DNA of 58,417 nucleotides, the filler included, from Sphacelaria rigidula (Eukaryota): NCBI GenBank assembly GCA_964200075.2. It is 10 parts of 10 records of this genome, joined end to end, with 100 filler letters (N's around TTAATTAATTAA, not from the genome) between each part and the next. Parts side by side here need not be neighbours in the genome. Positions count along the whole stretch, not along the records: positions 11,705 to 17,456 come from CAXNAA020024730.1; positions 17,557 to 23,308 come from CAXNAA020024731.1; positions 23,409 to 29,160 come from CAXNAA020024732.1; 7 more parts are not named here. The stretch is one strand, 5' to 3'. Below the pieces are notes generated by a model that did not search any database, had not been told where the DNA came from, and was given only the letters and a program-made list of their open reading frames with translations. Every line of letters starts with the position of its first letter. Within the stretch, counting starts at the first letter, position 1. Position numbers and translations under genes: made by a program. This document shows, in pieces, positions 12,249 through 24,979 of the stretch.

Positions 12249-13101
12249 CGACAAACTTTTCGCTAGTGTACAGACCGAGGAAGGCTCCGAGCTCTCGAAT
12301 ATAGACTGCGAATGCGTGTTATTGGGGGGTATGCTCCACGAACACGTCCATATCCCGGCCGTTCATTCCCGTTCCTCAGGCAAATGACTTGTTTATCATG
12401 TCCCGATTCCACTGTCCAACGGGCTTTCCCACGCGGTTTGCTGTGAAGAACACTGGTTCGCGAAGGGTCAGGAGACCAACCTTTGTTTTCCGTAACTTCG
12501 CGGCTTCTCTTTTTCATGTTCTGTTCTTTTCGTCTCGCTGTATTTTTCTATTTACAGGTGGGCATAGTCACTCTTCACGCGAAGTGCGCCACTGCAAAGG
12601 GGGGGCTGCATCGTTACCATCCCCTCGTTTTCTCCCAGCCGTATCTTTGCGTATTGGACGTTACTTTTCACATGGTGAGCTGTGCTTGTAGAGGAAGACT
12701 GTTGCGCTAACGCATTATGAAGTGCACTGTTGCGTGGGAGTTTGAGGGGGGGGGGGGGGGGCTCATGTGTCGCCTGAGTACACATGTTGGCGGTCAGAGA
12801 GCTTGTCTCCTGTCTAGATCGCTACGCAAATGTTTCGGCCGATCGTCGTTGCTTCAGTCTCCCGCCTCGCCTCCTTCGCCCCACTCCTCATTAAGCCTCC
12901 TCGACTACTCTCGAATTTCTGTCATACGGTGCCACACCCGCTAAGGCATACCCAACTCGATGGTCATGTCGCGTATAATCCCCCTTCCGCTGCCCAATAT
13001 TCATTCCTTGGCCAAAATTTTCTCTCTATTTCAACACGATAAACGAAGACAAGAAGACAAAACACATACACATACACACACGTGCACGTCCCCACATACA
13101 G

Positions 13102-14297
13102 GCCCTCACGGCGATCAACCACCCGGGTGGACCCGCTGGAATAGCGGCAGCCATCGCAGGCAACGCCTTCCCGTCGGAAGAGACGCACCCGGCCCCAAGG
13201 GGACCCATATCCCCGTCCACCCCGACAGGAAACCGAACGCAAGCACGATCGGCGTCCGTCGGTCGCCTCTCTCATGGCTCCAGGGGCGCAGAAGAGAGAC
13301 CCGCGACGGTCCGACCGCGGTTTCAGACGCCGGGCCGTTTCCGTCGGCGAGTTTACGGTTCCCCCGCCGTCACCCCCAGTAGTAGTTCTGGCTGGGGCGG
13401 TGCCGCTACCAGCGCCCTTGTTCCATCTAGCCCTTCGAGCCGTCCACTCCGGCCGCGTGTTGCGATGACGCCCGCCGCGCTCGAGGCTGCGGGGAGCGCG
13501 ATTGGGCTGGCGACTGCCCTGGGCTGCGCTCCGGCGACTCTGGATTCGGATCAGGGCGAGGCGGCCCAAACGATATATAGGGCTGCGGAGCTGCTTTACA
13601 GCCGGCACGCGCTCGGATTGAAGTGGTCGCAGGGAACGTTAGCTGTGGCGGAAGCGGCGGCGACAGCGGCGGCTGCGGAAGCGGCAGCGGCGGCCGTGGG
13701 CGTGGCGGAGAAGGCGCTCGCGGCTGCGAAGAGCCGGGGCACTCCGTTCAGCAAGAGCACGAGCGCAACGGGCGACATCGGTGCCCCCCGTAGTCAAAGT
13801 AGCAGTAGTATATTTAGTAATGGAAGGCCGGCCGAGAGTAATCATGCCGTGGCGACGCGGGTGGGTGAAAGACCAGCGGGTTACTCTTCGGACGGCGGTA
13901 GCGGCGGCGGTAGCGGTCTACTAGGTCGGAGAAATTCCACCAACGCTGCGACGATTGCGCCGTCATCGGGCGGGCATCGTTACCGCAGGCACACGCACGT
14001 CCTGGATGGGGAGCGATCGAAAGGGAAACCACCGACATCGACGGGCAGCGGAAGTAGTAGTGCTGCTGCTCCCGTCTCCGATGGACAGGCCGGCGGAGTA
14101 AGGGCGGGGCGTTTGGGGAACAGTAACGGCAAGGGTAAAGGTATGAAGATGTCGATGATGGAGCGGGTGGACATGGATGAAGCCGAAGCCACGAACGACC
14201 CGTGGACTTGGGAAGGAGTAGACTCGGCGAAGGAGGGGGGGGGGAAGGGGAACACGAAGGGGAAGACTCTACCGTCGGATGTGCGTCAGCTGTCGAG
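13102..14297 (+). CDS. Large low-complexity internal exon of a FAM135-like protein
   Basis: CAG acceptor at 13099-13101. Frame is open from ALTAINHPGG... through the 13465-14301 ORF to DVRQLS-AG/GTAATG. GC-rich, Ala/Gly/Ser-rich. Its phase-2 end matches exon 16191-16341. Confidence 0.72.
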
Positions 14298-14599
14298 GTA
14301 ATGAAGGAAACCATGTCTGATTTGCGTGAGACCCCGCGCCGGCGCCCGACTCTGCACATCGTAAAATGAATGTCGACGTAAACCACAAAACGTTGAGCCT
14401 CAGCTCGTGCAGTATTGCAAGCCTACTCTTGAATTTGGACAGAGCGTTCAACATCTATGGTGTTCATACAAGAGTTGAAATGATGTCTAGCTCGCGGTCG
14501 CAGGACGAAGAGGTGGGAGCCACAAGGAGGCATCATGTGCTCCCGGATTACACACATCACATGGAATAGATGCGTCAAGAAGTGCATGCTGGAGCCCTC

Positions 14600-14792
14600 C
14601 CACGACAGGGGGGCGGGATGTACTCATGATCTTGCATGCCGTAGTCGTAAAACCGTTGATTTCGCATCCCTAAAAAGCCGGGACGGAGCACGCCCGGTTC
14701 TCGCCGAACCAGGCCCGCAATCAATCACCAAGCGCGAAGCGCCGTGATGTGTTCGGCAAGTGGTATCAAGGGTGAGCTGCATCCCTTGCTAA
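14600..14792 (-). mobile_element. 170-190 bp dispersed repeat (TTAGCAGGATGCAGCTCA...TCATGAGTAC family)
   Basis: Reverse complement of 15624-15805; also at 22570-22760 and 38720-38892. Variant arm at 14889-14970 and 45251-45300. Confidence 0.8.
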
Positions 14793-15033
14793 GGATGTCC
14801 GACCCGAAGCGTTCTCGTTATCTTGCGTGCGGATGACGGCCTCTAATGAGTTGCTTCATTTTCTGGTATCGGCACTTTCACGGCAGGGGACGTACTCATA
14901 CTCATTTGTTGCTTGCCTTAGTCGTTTGACCATTGACCACGCATCCCTTTCGAGACGGAGCACGGCAGGGANNNNNNNNNTTCCCTTGCTTTTTTGTTGC
15001 TTGTCCGCTTCTCGGCCCCGCCGCGCGGGGCGG

Positions 15034-15072
<39 letters not shown>

Positions 15073-15623
15073 GTATTTTTTTGCCCGAGAGAACGATGTT
15101 CGTGCGTGTGACGCATGAACTGCTCATTTGTGTACGCCCATTTTTTCCGGGCAGCTACCGAGGTGTCGCTGATTGCCGACATCAAGATGATGCTAGGTAC
15201 TCTTTACTGCATTCAGAAGCGTATGAAGAAGGTTGTTTTCGGGCAATGATTCGATCCAAATATCTCCTTCCACCCCCCACCAGCCATACCCCCTTCCCCC
15301 CCCCTACTCTTATCCACTTGAGGGTTGACCTCGGTTGGCAACGACGCTTTAAGACACGCCACTCACCACTTTTGCTAGGCAACCAGGTTACCGTTTTTTT
15401 TGCGGTAACCATGATAGTAGTCGGGCTAGATCATGTTGTGCGGGGTGGAGAACCTCGACTCCGCGCGAAGGGGATGGCCGTATGTAGTATTGATACGGTT
15501 AAACACTCATGGGGCGGTGTAATCCGTGGCCGTTCCTGGAAGTGGCGATACCAGAAAGGAAGCAGCTCATTGGAAGCCGTCATCATATGCGAGGTAATTA
15601 GTACGCTTCGGGCCGAACATTCT

Positions 15624-15805
15624 TAGCAGGATGCTGCTCATCCTTCATGCGACTCGCCGAGCACATCACGGAGCTTCGCGCTTGGTGGTTTGAGTGCGAG
15701 CCTGGTCCGGCGATAACCCGGCGTGCCCCGCCCCGGCTTTGTAGGGATGCGAGGTCAATGATCGTATGACTGCGGCATGCAACATCATGAGTACACCACC
15801 CCCTT
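15624..15805 (+). mobile_element. 170-190 bp dispersed repeat, forward copy
   Basis: TTAGCAGGATGCTGCTCA...CCCGGCTTTGTAGGGATGCGAGGTCAATGATC...TCATGAGTACACC. Confidence 0.8.
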
Positions 15806-16190
15806 CCCCACTATGGCCCGTCAATATGTTGATGGGAAGAGAGGGAAGAGTTGTAAGCGGTTGTACTACACTGAGGGACAACTGCACGCTAGTGATGAAA
15901 AGTATTTCGTGAGACCTGCAGTATTCCCGGTGGTTAAGGTGTTCGTGCCTGACTTTGTTGTTGCATAGCAGTATTTCCCTTCTCTTCCTCATGTCGCTCC
16001 AGTCCTGCCGCAGGGTAGATGTGCCGCTATGCTCAACACCTGACAAAACGAACCACAGCTTGCGTTCTAAATAAATCAAGGCTATATGGTCCTTGTACTT
16101 GAAAACAGCAGGTAGAATCCTTTGGTATTTGCTTTCATGGCCGTGTGACACAACGCGGCGAATTTCAACGGCTTTGTGTGAACTTGTCAG

Positions 16191-16341
16191 GGTGATCCAC
16201 ATTCGACTGAAAGAAGCGTCCAAGGTATGCTCCCGCTCGTGGGCCTCATTCGCCGCGGCAACGTTCGAGTGCGGGCGCCGGGGTATGTACATGCTGCGAG
16301 AGGAGTGGGTGCGGGAGACGCAGCGGGCGTGGAGCGGGCAG
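16191..16341 (+). CDS. Exon of FAM135-like protein (DUF3657/DUF676 putative lipase family)
   Basis: TGTCAG acceptor, CAG/GTGCGT donor. Encodes VIHIRLKEASKVCSRSWASFAAATFECGRRGMYMLREEWVRETQRAWSGQ. The W-x2-F-x14-L-R-x2-W-x7-W-S spacing matches the motif I recall from plant FAM135-like proteins; not database-verified. Confidence 0.6.
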
Positions 16342-16552
16342 GTGCGTCGTAGTTGTTTGTCGGGGAGATCCCACTTCCGTTCTCGGGTTGTGTTTCGAAA
16401 CATTCTCTTTATGGTGTGACTTCGACAACTGCTTGCGATGAAGACCTCGGTGCCGTAACGGCAGTGGTTTTACAAGTCTTGTTTTGGCCAACGGCGGACA
16501 CGGCGCACCCTCTCCGAAAGCCAGCTTACCACCAATCTCGCACGCAATTTCC

Positions 16553-16902
16553 CGAGGTTGTGTACCACAGGGTACGATTTTCTGTATACCCGGGATATTT
16601 AGTCAGGTATTACCCGTACCCCAAGTTTCTGTTGAATTTTGTAAGCCTCTCATACCAGTACCCGACAGTTCTGTTAGATCTGTACGAATTGTTTACCCTT
16701 TCCCGGCGCACGGGCATACCCTTGTAGAGATATACGGTTTGCGGGCTAGGGTTACTGTACAGCCTTCATACCATATCCGAGAGGTTCTGTGAGTTCTGTA
16801 AGTCTTCCATATCAGTACCCGACATTTCTCCAGGTACTGTACGACTTATATACCATCTCATACCCCACTGAACATATCCGTACCCTACAGAACACAACCT
16901 TG
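16553..16902. mobile_element. hAT-type MITE with 8-bp TSD
   Basis: Imperfect TIRs CGAGGTTGTGTACCACAGGGTACG / CGTACCCTACAGAACACAACCTTG. Flanks CAATTTCC (16545-16552) and CAATTTTC (16903-16910) match at 7 of 8. Confidence 0.72.
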
Positions 16903-17989
16903 CAATTTTCCCTCGCTTTACAGTTTGATTCACGGTGATCACCCTAAAAATATTAATGTGCAAAACTTCACGCGGTTTTTTAGGAGTTGGACCCTGGATT
17001 TTCGCACAAATGTGCTCTGGGTCATTACAAAATTTTCGACGGACCAGTGTTTTTTTTTACTTTTCGACTTTTTGAAGGGTTTTCGGGGGGTTCCAGGGGT
17101 TCTCGATGAACGCTAGATTTCGTGGGACCCCCGAGAACCGGTGAAGAATCAAGAAGCGAAGAAAAAATTCTCTCAAAGGTTTTGCAATAACCCATACCCC
17201 GTGTGTGCAAAGTTTCCGAGTCTGACTCCACAAGTCGTGGTGAAGTTTTGTGCATTTGTGCGATGAAGTGAGCTTGAAGCGTGCAAACTCCTCACTATTT
17301 GACGTGAGTAATGAAACAACCTTTTCGGGTATTCTCAACGTCAATGCGAGAGAAAGTGGAAAATATTTTTTAGTTTCGCAACCAAAAAATGTACACATAA
17401 CAGCCGATTCTCGAAAATGGGGTTGAAAAAAAAATGAGGTTCAACTCAAAAGCCGTNNNNNNNNNNNNNNNNNNNNNNNNNNNNNNNNNNNNNNNNNNNN
17501 TTAATTAATTAANNNNNNNNNNNNNNNNNNNNNNNNNNNNNNNNNNNNNNNNNNNNTGTTTTCGGTCTCGTTTCGGTGCGGCTTGTTAATTTCGTCAATG
17601 TTGAAAAGGGGTGGGCTCCTCCCCCCCCCCCCCCCCCAGGTTTTGCCGTGTGTACGTATGTACACTTGCTGCGTTCCTACCCATAACGTACCCGCGCTGA
17701 TACGGGCACGGTACAGCAGGTAACACTGGAGGAGTTCGGAATCCGTTTCATGTGACACATTTCTACTACAAGACTACTCGTTCCATATCGTACCCACCGG
17801 TTGTTCGAACACGGACGGAAATCTGTTGGATTTGTTTTCGAAACAGGGTTTGCTGGAGTCCATCTATTGCCCTCTGAGCGAACCATTCCAAGCCTTGCGT
17901 CCCTTTGAATCAGATCTGAAATTCACTTCAAACTCAGACGCTTTTTCCATGTCTCTACATAAGAGGCTCGTTGTGATTGTAGCGGCGCT

Positions 17990-18590
17990 TGATTGTCTCC
18001 GATTCTATTTTTCGCCCACGTTAAGATTGTACATTTTTTTCTGTAAGGCGTGTTCGATGTGCGATGAGCACACATCACGGTACGGCCGATCAACCGTAGC
18101 AACCCACTGTTTTTTTGCTATGTTTGCTGAAAAGAAGAAAGACGCGATCTTTTCTCGGTCACCACTCCTGTTTGCGCCATCCGAGTACTAGATCAACCTC
18201 CCCAATCCATGACGAGTTCTTTCAACTCCCCATGCAAAGCACGTGCAGGATTCTACCCCATAAACGGAGGTTGCGGTGCGCCTGTTGAATCACAGCGTGT
18301 CACACTTGCATTGAGTCTCCATGCACTCAAAATGCTATATATCATCCAACCGCCGGCAGTGTAAACGAAGGTTCACTGTCGGCAGGTGCCAGTACGTTGA
18401 TATCACTTTCAAGACGCCAAACAAAAGCGTGTATCTCCGTGTTCGCCCCATGTCTGATTGTTGGTCGAGCGCTATAAGCGATGTACAGGGCTGCCTACTC
18501 TACCGTGCACACAAGCAACATTTGCATCTCGTCCGTCTTGTGCATGCAGTCGATGACCGGGTTCAAGCCAAACGCCGATGTTCCTGCGAC
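17990..18590 (-). pseudogene. Decayed MULE-like transposase fragment
   Basis: Minus-strand pieces VIDCMHKTDEMQMLLVC (resembles DxT(Y/H)KTN), GDREKIA and VCSSHIEHALQKKM (CxxH), in MULE order, with stops and frameshifts. Confidence 0.4.
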
Positions 18591-19049
18591 AGGCTCGTAG
18601 TAGGCTACAGGGCCGCTTCACTGTCTTGCATGTAATTTCTTGTTACAGTCATTTATACAATTTGATTTCCACACTTCCACCCTACATAAACCAGTAGCTG
18701 CCAACGTTTTGCCCGCACATAGCATCATTTCTCTATTCTCCTGGTTTGAAGCTCCGTATCAATTCGCTGACCCAGAGAAATGAAATTTCCCCGCGAGCTT
18801 CGGAACACTCTCGCTCCCTGCATGATTCGCAGGCCGAAATGGCACGCACCAGCGACAAGAGCCCTGTAACACCTGTCTGCTCATCCTGAGCTCCTGCACA
18901 AAGCGCTCGATTGATTGGTCGACTGGTGATTGCTCGGTTGGTTAATTGCTTAATGGTTGAGTGTTCGATGATTCAGTGATTGATGATTGGTGATTTATGA
19001 TTTATGATCGATTCCCAAAATACCTAACTGTGGTCACGAGGTAGACGTG

Positions 19050-20250
19050 CCGAAGGTGAACAAGACGGAAAGGCAGAAGGTTAAGAAGGCTGAGAACGAA
19101 ATACAGAATACACGCAATTAACATACCAATAAATTGCATACCGATCATAATGCTCTGTCGGAGAAGGCCCGTCCAAGAGCACAGGTCCCGTTTCAGATGC
19201 ACCTTCGCGTGCCTTACCGTCATGGTTACATGTTTCCCTCCTATTGACGACGTGCTCAACTGCATGAGTATGCATAAGTATGCAGCTAGGTTTTGAAGAG
19301 ATTCGAAGTATGTACTGTACACTCCGTCCCGTTATCTACAGCGAACGATACCACGCAATGGACTGACGTCGACCGCTCAGTCACCATCTCTCGTACTGCA
19401 CCACAGCACGCTCTGCCAGCCAGGTGCGCTATGCATGCATGCTTTCTCCAAAAACCGGGCATGACGCACTCAGACGTTGAGGTCGAAATTTGATCGGTGA
19501 TATCAGACGCGACCGGGGTGGATGAGCGGCGGTGTATCCGTGATTCTCAAGTGCGTATGGTATGTTTCTATCGAAGGCGCAACGATTGATGGAGGGGTAC
19601 AGCTCGGGGCGACGAAGGAGTGCTAGTGCACCATCGAAGGGAGGAGGAGATATCAAGTCGCAGCTACCCGTCAGCTTGAGGGTTGCCGTTGTTCGCGCTA
19701 AAGTGAGATGCGTTGTAGCTAACGGCTATCCTCACTCATCATTGTCCACAAAGAGGAATAAGTATTTGCTTAGGTACCCAGGCGCCCTTACCTGACTATC
19801 ATCGCGCGAAATCCACCGAAGTCTCGGATATTTATGTTGTAATTCAACGAAGATAAAGCGATGGACCATATAATCTCTTGGAGCGGGTAGAGCAAACGTT
19901 GCCGATGGGATTAACGTTTCGATGCTACACGACGTGGCGCCGGTGATGACGTCCTTTCTCGTTCAGAAGAATGGGTGCATATCGCGTCGCTAGTGTCGTA
20001 ACTTTCGCCAGCAGGGTATTTGGGTATAACAAGCAACATGATGGTAAGTCTATACAGGGATACAAGTTGTAGCGATTAGAGTGACAGTCTCTGTGGAAAC
20101 CAAAAATCGCTTGGGCTTGAGCGGTCTTGTCTCTTTGTAGTTCGCCAGTGGAGGCTGATAGCATTTTGCATCGATCAACTCGCAGGAGTGGCGACGGCGA
20201 CGAGACCAGGAGAACGCTAGGAGAGCCTCCCAGTTGATTCCCGTGAAGGT
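19050..20250 (+). pseudogene. Decayed DNA transposase, possibly P-element/THAP9-like
   Basis: Fragments SDATGVDERRCIRDSQVRMVCF, EEWVHIASL (DxxH-like) and RRRDQENARRASQLIPVK (D-x-Q-N-like), ending at an AAG/GTGAGG donor. Many stops; motif matches are loose. Confidence 0.3.
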
Positions 20251-20984
20251 GAGGTACACATATCGTAGGCTAAAGGGTACACCGCACCGCGATTGCTACT
20301 TCGCATTTTCGAAGACTACGGCACATATATCCGCCCTGTTTTCATGGAACTGTTAGATAGATGAATAACTATCATTATCATTATGGTGCGCCTTATTTGT
20401 CTTGTTCCGCGTACAGGCACCCTCTGGACTCTGCTTAAATTTGCTCATAAGATTAGGCTCTCGGTTTCTCGACACATTAGTGCGTTGCGCCGCTCTCTCT
20501 CTCTCTTTTTCTCTCCGTGTGCGTGTATGTGTGAGCGCGTGCGCTAAGCGTTCACGATAGGTTTCCAGCACGACGCAGTTCCATACATGTGGAGTTTTCA
20601 CTATTGGGACAATCTTTCAAATACCCACACGACGACAAGATGTGAAGTTGATTGACGGGCTCTCAATATGCAAATAGTTGCACAGCTAACCAGCAGGGAG
20701 CATTGCCACAAAATACGAAACCTTGTTTCAGACGGCTATGTACCTTGAGACGGCAAGCAAACACGGGAATGTTTCGTCATTGTTTGACACGTGCTATACC
20801 ACCCCGCTCTGGGATTTACGTCAACAATAGCGCATTCGCCATGAGCATGTCACAGATAAACCACCAAATCAACTTATGGCTCGTCCGCGTTCACAACTTT
20901 CGCGTATCATTCAAGCATTCGTGCAAAACGTGACAATCTTATGTGTTTTGCACTTGTGATTGAAATGGCATGATTTCCAGGCAC

Positions 20985-22440
20985 TTCATTTCTCCCTGTC
21001 ATTCGTCTGGCACTGATTCAAGCGTTCGTGATTCCCACTCGAAATTCGTAGGGCAGGAGTCTTTCGCATATGTTTCCACCCGCCATCCTCACGGTACGAA
21101 TATTTTACACTGTCTTTCCACCTGTCATTCGTACGGCATGACGCTGTCGCGCATTGTGACAAACCTGTGATTCGTACGGCAGTTGTTTTTGCATTCTGAC
21201 ACCTGTTTTTCAAGTGGGAAGATGTGGGATATGCCGTGTGTTGTGTCTCTCGCAAGAACAGAGTACTAGCCGTGGCGAGCGACGCATGTGTGCCGTGGTG
21301 TGATAGACGATGGCTCTTTGGAGCGTTCATGGGTTATCAAAAGTCGTTCGTTGTCTTCAACTCACCGCTAATTCAACCTTCACGATTCCGAAAAATAGGC
21401 AACGGAAATGGAACGCAGGTAAGTATTTACAGATAACAGAACAAAGGACGTTTTTTGAACAAATCAAAAGCATGGATTAAAACTGCCGCATGACCATTAC
21501 CTTCTCACTGGCAGTGCATCGCACGGGATTGGTGACGGTACTCTGCGCTATACTTGCCTCTGCAGGTGGTGTAGGTTTCCCCCGTGAGGTGTGGGGGAAG
21601 GGGGGAAGGTGATGTCCTTCCATTTTCTGAGTGGTGCACATTTCGTTTGTACGCGGAGAGACACTTTGGCTGCGAAACAACGGTATATCAGTACATAATT
21701 TAACACGGCGGTGAAAGTGAAACCGATATTTTATCGCATATATAACTATTGCTCCATTTGCTCGGGCCAATGGTGCGATTTACATATGAGGGGTAATTTA
21801 TCATGACTCATCATTCCCACCGGTCATTTTTGTTGAACTTATCACAAGCACATTTTCCCCGCCCATCATTCGTACGGTACGCGTCAGTCGTACATTCCCT
21901 CCTTCCCATTTTTCATACGTCACAAATTAGATGAGTACTGTTACCACTCATCATTCGCACGGTGCAATCCAATCGTACGCGTCCCCTGCCCGTCATCCGT
22001 AGAAAAATCAAATGCATCATTTCCCCACCTGTCATTTGTATGGTACGAATCAATTGTACGTTTCTCCACAAATCATTCGTACGGTGCACACCAAAGATAG
22101 TGTTCCCTACTCATTATTCGCACGGTATAAATCAATCGCATATTTTCCTCGCCCGTTATCGACAAAACACAAATCAAGTGCATAGGGTTTCCACCTGTCA
22201 GTCGTACGGTACGAGTCGAATGTGGTTTCCCCGACTCATCACATTAATGACACTGTGATCACTCGCACGGTGCGAATCGAATATACTTCCCCTTATTCAT
22301 CGTGTGCACGGTGTAACTCAGACGCACTTTCCCCTCACCCATTGTTCGGATGGCGTGCATCATACGTACATGTCTACTTCGCCTGTAATTTATATGTCAC
22401 GACTATTTCCCACAGTTCCCCTACCAGCCATTCGTAAAAC
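20985..22440. repeat. Degenerate about 41-bp minisatellite in two blocks
   Basis: Recurring TTCCCC.C..(G/A)TCATTCGTACGGT(A/G)C core at about 40-43 bp spacing in 20985-21185 and 21805-22440. Confidence 0.7.
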
Positions 22441-22569
22441 TGTGGTATACCCATAAGGCAGTGTGGAACTCGTGGCTGTCTCTGGAATCGGCGAGACCAG
22501 AAATGAAGAAACTCATCGGAGGCTGTCATCTATATGTAAGATAGTCAGTTGACTTTGGGGGAAACAAGT

Positions 22570-22760
22570 TTAGCAGGATGCAGCTCACACTTCACGCGAC
22601 TCGCCGAACACACCACGGCAGTTCACGCTTGGTGATTGATGGCGAGTCTTGTCCGGTGAAAAGCCGGCGTGCTCCGTCCCGGCTTTGTAGGGATGCGAGG
22701 TCAATGATCACATCCCTATGGCATGCAAGATCATGAGTACCAGCGTACGGAAAGGATGAC
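22570..22760 (+). mobile_element. 170-190 bp dispersed repeat, forward copy
   Basis: TTAGCAGGATGCAGCTCAC...GTGCTCCGTCCCGGCTTTGTAGGGATGCGAGG...TCATGAGTAC...AGGATGAC. Confidence 0.8.
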
Positions 22761-23408
22761 ACGAATCTTGATTTACTCCGGAAAATATTCGTTATTTCAG
22801 ACACAAGAAAATTCATGGCCACTTTTGTCCGATACTAATATCTCGCTCCCCCGCTCTGCTCCCGCTCTTTACATCTGCCCTCCTCCCAACCTCCATATTC
22901 TCTTGAATCTACATGCGTATGTGTGACAGATACACACCTTCAGCTTTGATGCACCTTCAAGCGGCGGACAGGCGTAAGATGGGCCCCTGTTCCGCTGATG
23001 GTTGACAACACCTCATGTTTTCTCCGTACGCCGTACATGTACCGGACCAGCACCGTACATTTTGTATCTTGTAGCCGAGAAGTGCCTCCTAAACAATCAT
23101 TCCTTCACCATGACGGTTGCCTCCTGCTTTAACTACATCATGCGAAATAGACACACCGTTTCGTGCTATTTACCCAGGAGCAATGGCCGCACTAGCGTGG
23201 TCTTCGTATTCTTTCGGTTTTTGTTAGCTCCCTGTCTACAGCTTATAACAGCCAATCATCTATGTTGAGGATGGTGCTTTTGATTGAGGATGAGAACCCG
23301 GAAGATTANNNNNNNNNNNNNNNNNNNNNNNNNNNNNNNNNNNNNNNNNNNNTTAATTAATTAANNNNNNNNNNNNNNNNNNNNNNNNNNNNNNNNNNNN
23401 NNNNNNNN

Positions 23409-23500
23409 GACCCCGGCTGATGCGCCCACGTATCCCGAAAAGGGTAGACTGGCGCCCAGAATAAATGGGACGACAACTAAAACGCCCTGAATGGAAGGAA
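23409..23500 (+). mobile_element. 3' end of SINE family B
   Basis: GACCCCGGCTGATGCGCCCAC...ACTGGCGCCCAGAATAAATG..ACGACAAC matches 50231-50303. Confidence 0.6.
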
Positions 23501-23699
23501 CAAAAAACCAACCTGACCGCCTTTCTTTCGTTCATTATGCCCCAGCGAGGTTCTACACAAAATTTCAATAAATGAGTAGCAAAGCCTTGTTCACCGAGCT
23601 GACAGTTTACCCATCGGCGAACCGTGTGCCCGTTGAAACAGTGAGCGCTCACTGGTTCACTGGTTCAATGGGTCAGCTGTTCACTTCCTGAACAAAAGA

Positions 23700-23872
23700 T
23701 ATGCTGTGTGGTCCGTCCAGGCATGGCACAGCAGTGATCTCCGGGGCCTCTTGCCCCTCGCAAGCCTCGCTCTGTTCACATGTCCAACTCGTTCTTTCCA
23801 CAATAGGTCATGCCGGGACTCGAACCGGATACCTTGTGTTCCGGAAGCGGACAACCTACCCATTAAGGCAGG
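23700..23872 (-). mobile_element. tRNA-derived SINE, family C
   Basis: Minus strand GCCTTAATGGGTAGG (A-box-like) ... GGTTCGAGTCCCGG (B box), no complete cloverleaf. Flanked by about 45-50 bp direct repeats at 23644-23696 and 23874-23917. Confidence 0.55.
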
Positions 23873-24979
23873 GAGCGCTCACTGGTTAAATCGGTAAACT
23901 GTTCGCTTCCTGAACAACCTGGGTCGGTGAGTGACCCGCACGATACCGTTTCGAATTTCTGCCGGTCCGGCTTTCAAATGGCCCATTCGCATATTAATAT
24001 TCAGAGTTGTACCACGGAATTGAATATGGACAATGTATCTGAAGTCATGAAAAAACGTTTGGGTGAACCTAAATAAGTTATTCTTTCATGAAGTGAGGCC
24101 GCTTCTCATAACATACAAGGATGAAAATCTGAAAAAGGGCCTTTTGGGGTGGCTTCTACGTGGGTTTACGCCCTAAAAGAGACCAAGGCGGAGTTCGACA
24201 CCTTGGAATGACTTGTTCTACTCGTCGGGGCGGTTCCACGACATCTTCGCGTTCTCCTGTCGCCGCAGCTTGATTTTGGCCAAAGAAGCTTTTTGGTCCA
24301 AGAACGGTCAGGAATGGTCAGACCTAGGACGTGGTCATCTCTGGGCAAAAATGCCCGTTCAGCCGAATAAAACCTGGTGCCACCGGAGAACGCGAACATG
24401 CCCTCGAACCACCTCGATGAATAGGGCAGGTCATTCGAAAGCGTCAAAGTACACCTAACTCTCATTTGGGACGTGAAACGACGGAAAAGCTCCAAAAAGG
24501 TGCTTTCCAGGTTATATTTTTGTTTGGTATAAGGAACAGCCTGAAGGCAACGACGAGTTTTTAGGTCTTGGTGGAATACCGTCTGATTATGGGAAACAAA
24601 AATCTTGGTAATGACGCACACGTTTTTTTGTGATGCCCTATGCATTGTCCATACCAAAATTTAGGGTCCAACTCAAAATGATGCGGTGCGAAATGGCATG
24701 CAAACTACGAATCCCCTTCTAGGTTGGCCCAGCTCGTAGCTCTGAAGTCCCTCTGATCCCACGACTACAGCACCCAATGGCGAGCTCCGAAAAATTATTT
24801 GTTCACAACTCCTTGCTCATGCCGAAGGAGTCGATTGTCGCGTAATCCGCAGGGGGCACACCCAGGGTCGTTTTGCCGAATCTCGAGCCCAAATGGTCGG
24901 AGGCGGCGGAGGTATACACCGATTGTCTGCCTGTTCCAGGAATCGCGTTTGTAGTGGGAACAACGCAAAACTTCCACAC

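Noticed and set aside
11755..12250. Long poly-G/poly-C tracts (also 15030-15070, 41030-41060, 41750-41885) as G-quadruplex or poly-Pro/Gly coding
   Set aside because: They lie next to N gaps and local duplications; homopolymer lengths are unreliable and there is no coding context.
23800..23872. Possible tRNA genes here and at 41885-41962, 47985-48063 and 49951-50030
   Set aside because: A/B boxes are present, but I could not form acceptor and anticodon stems; they are attached to repeat bodies, as expected for SINE heads.
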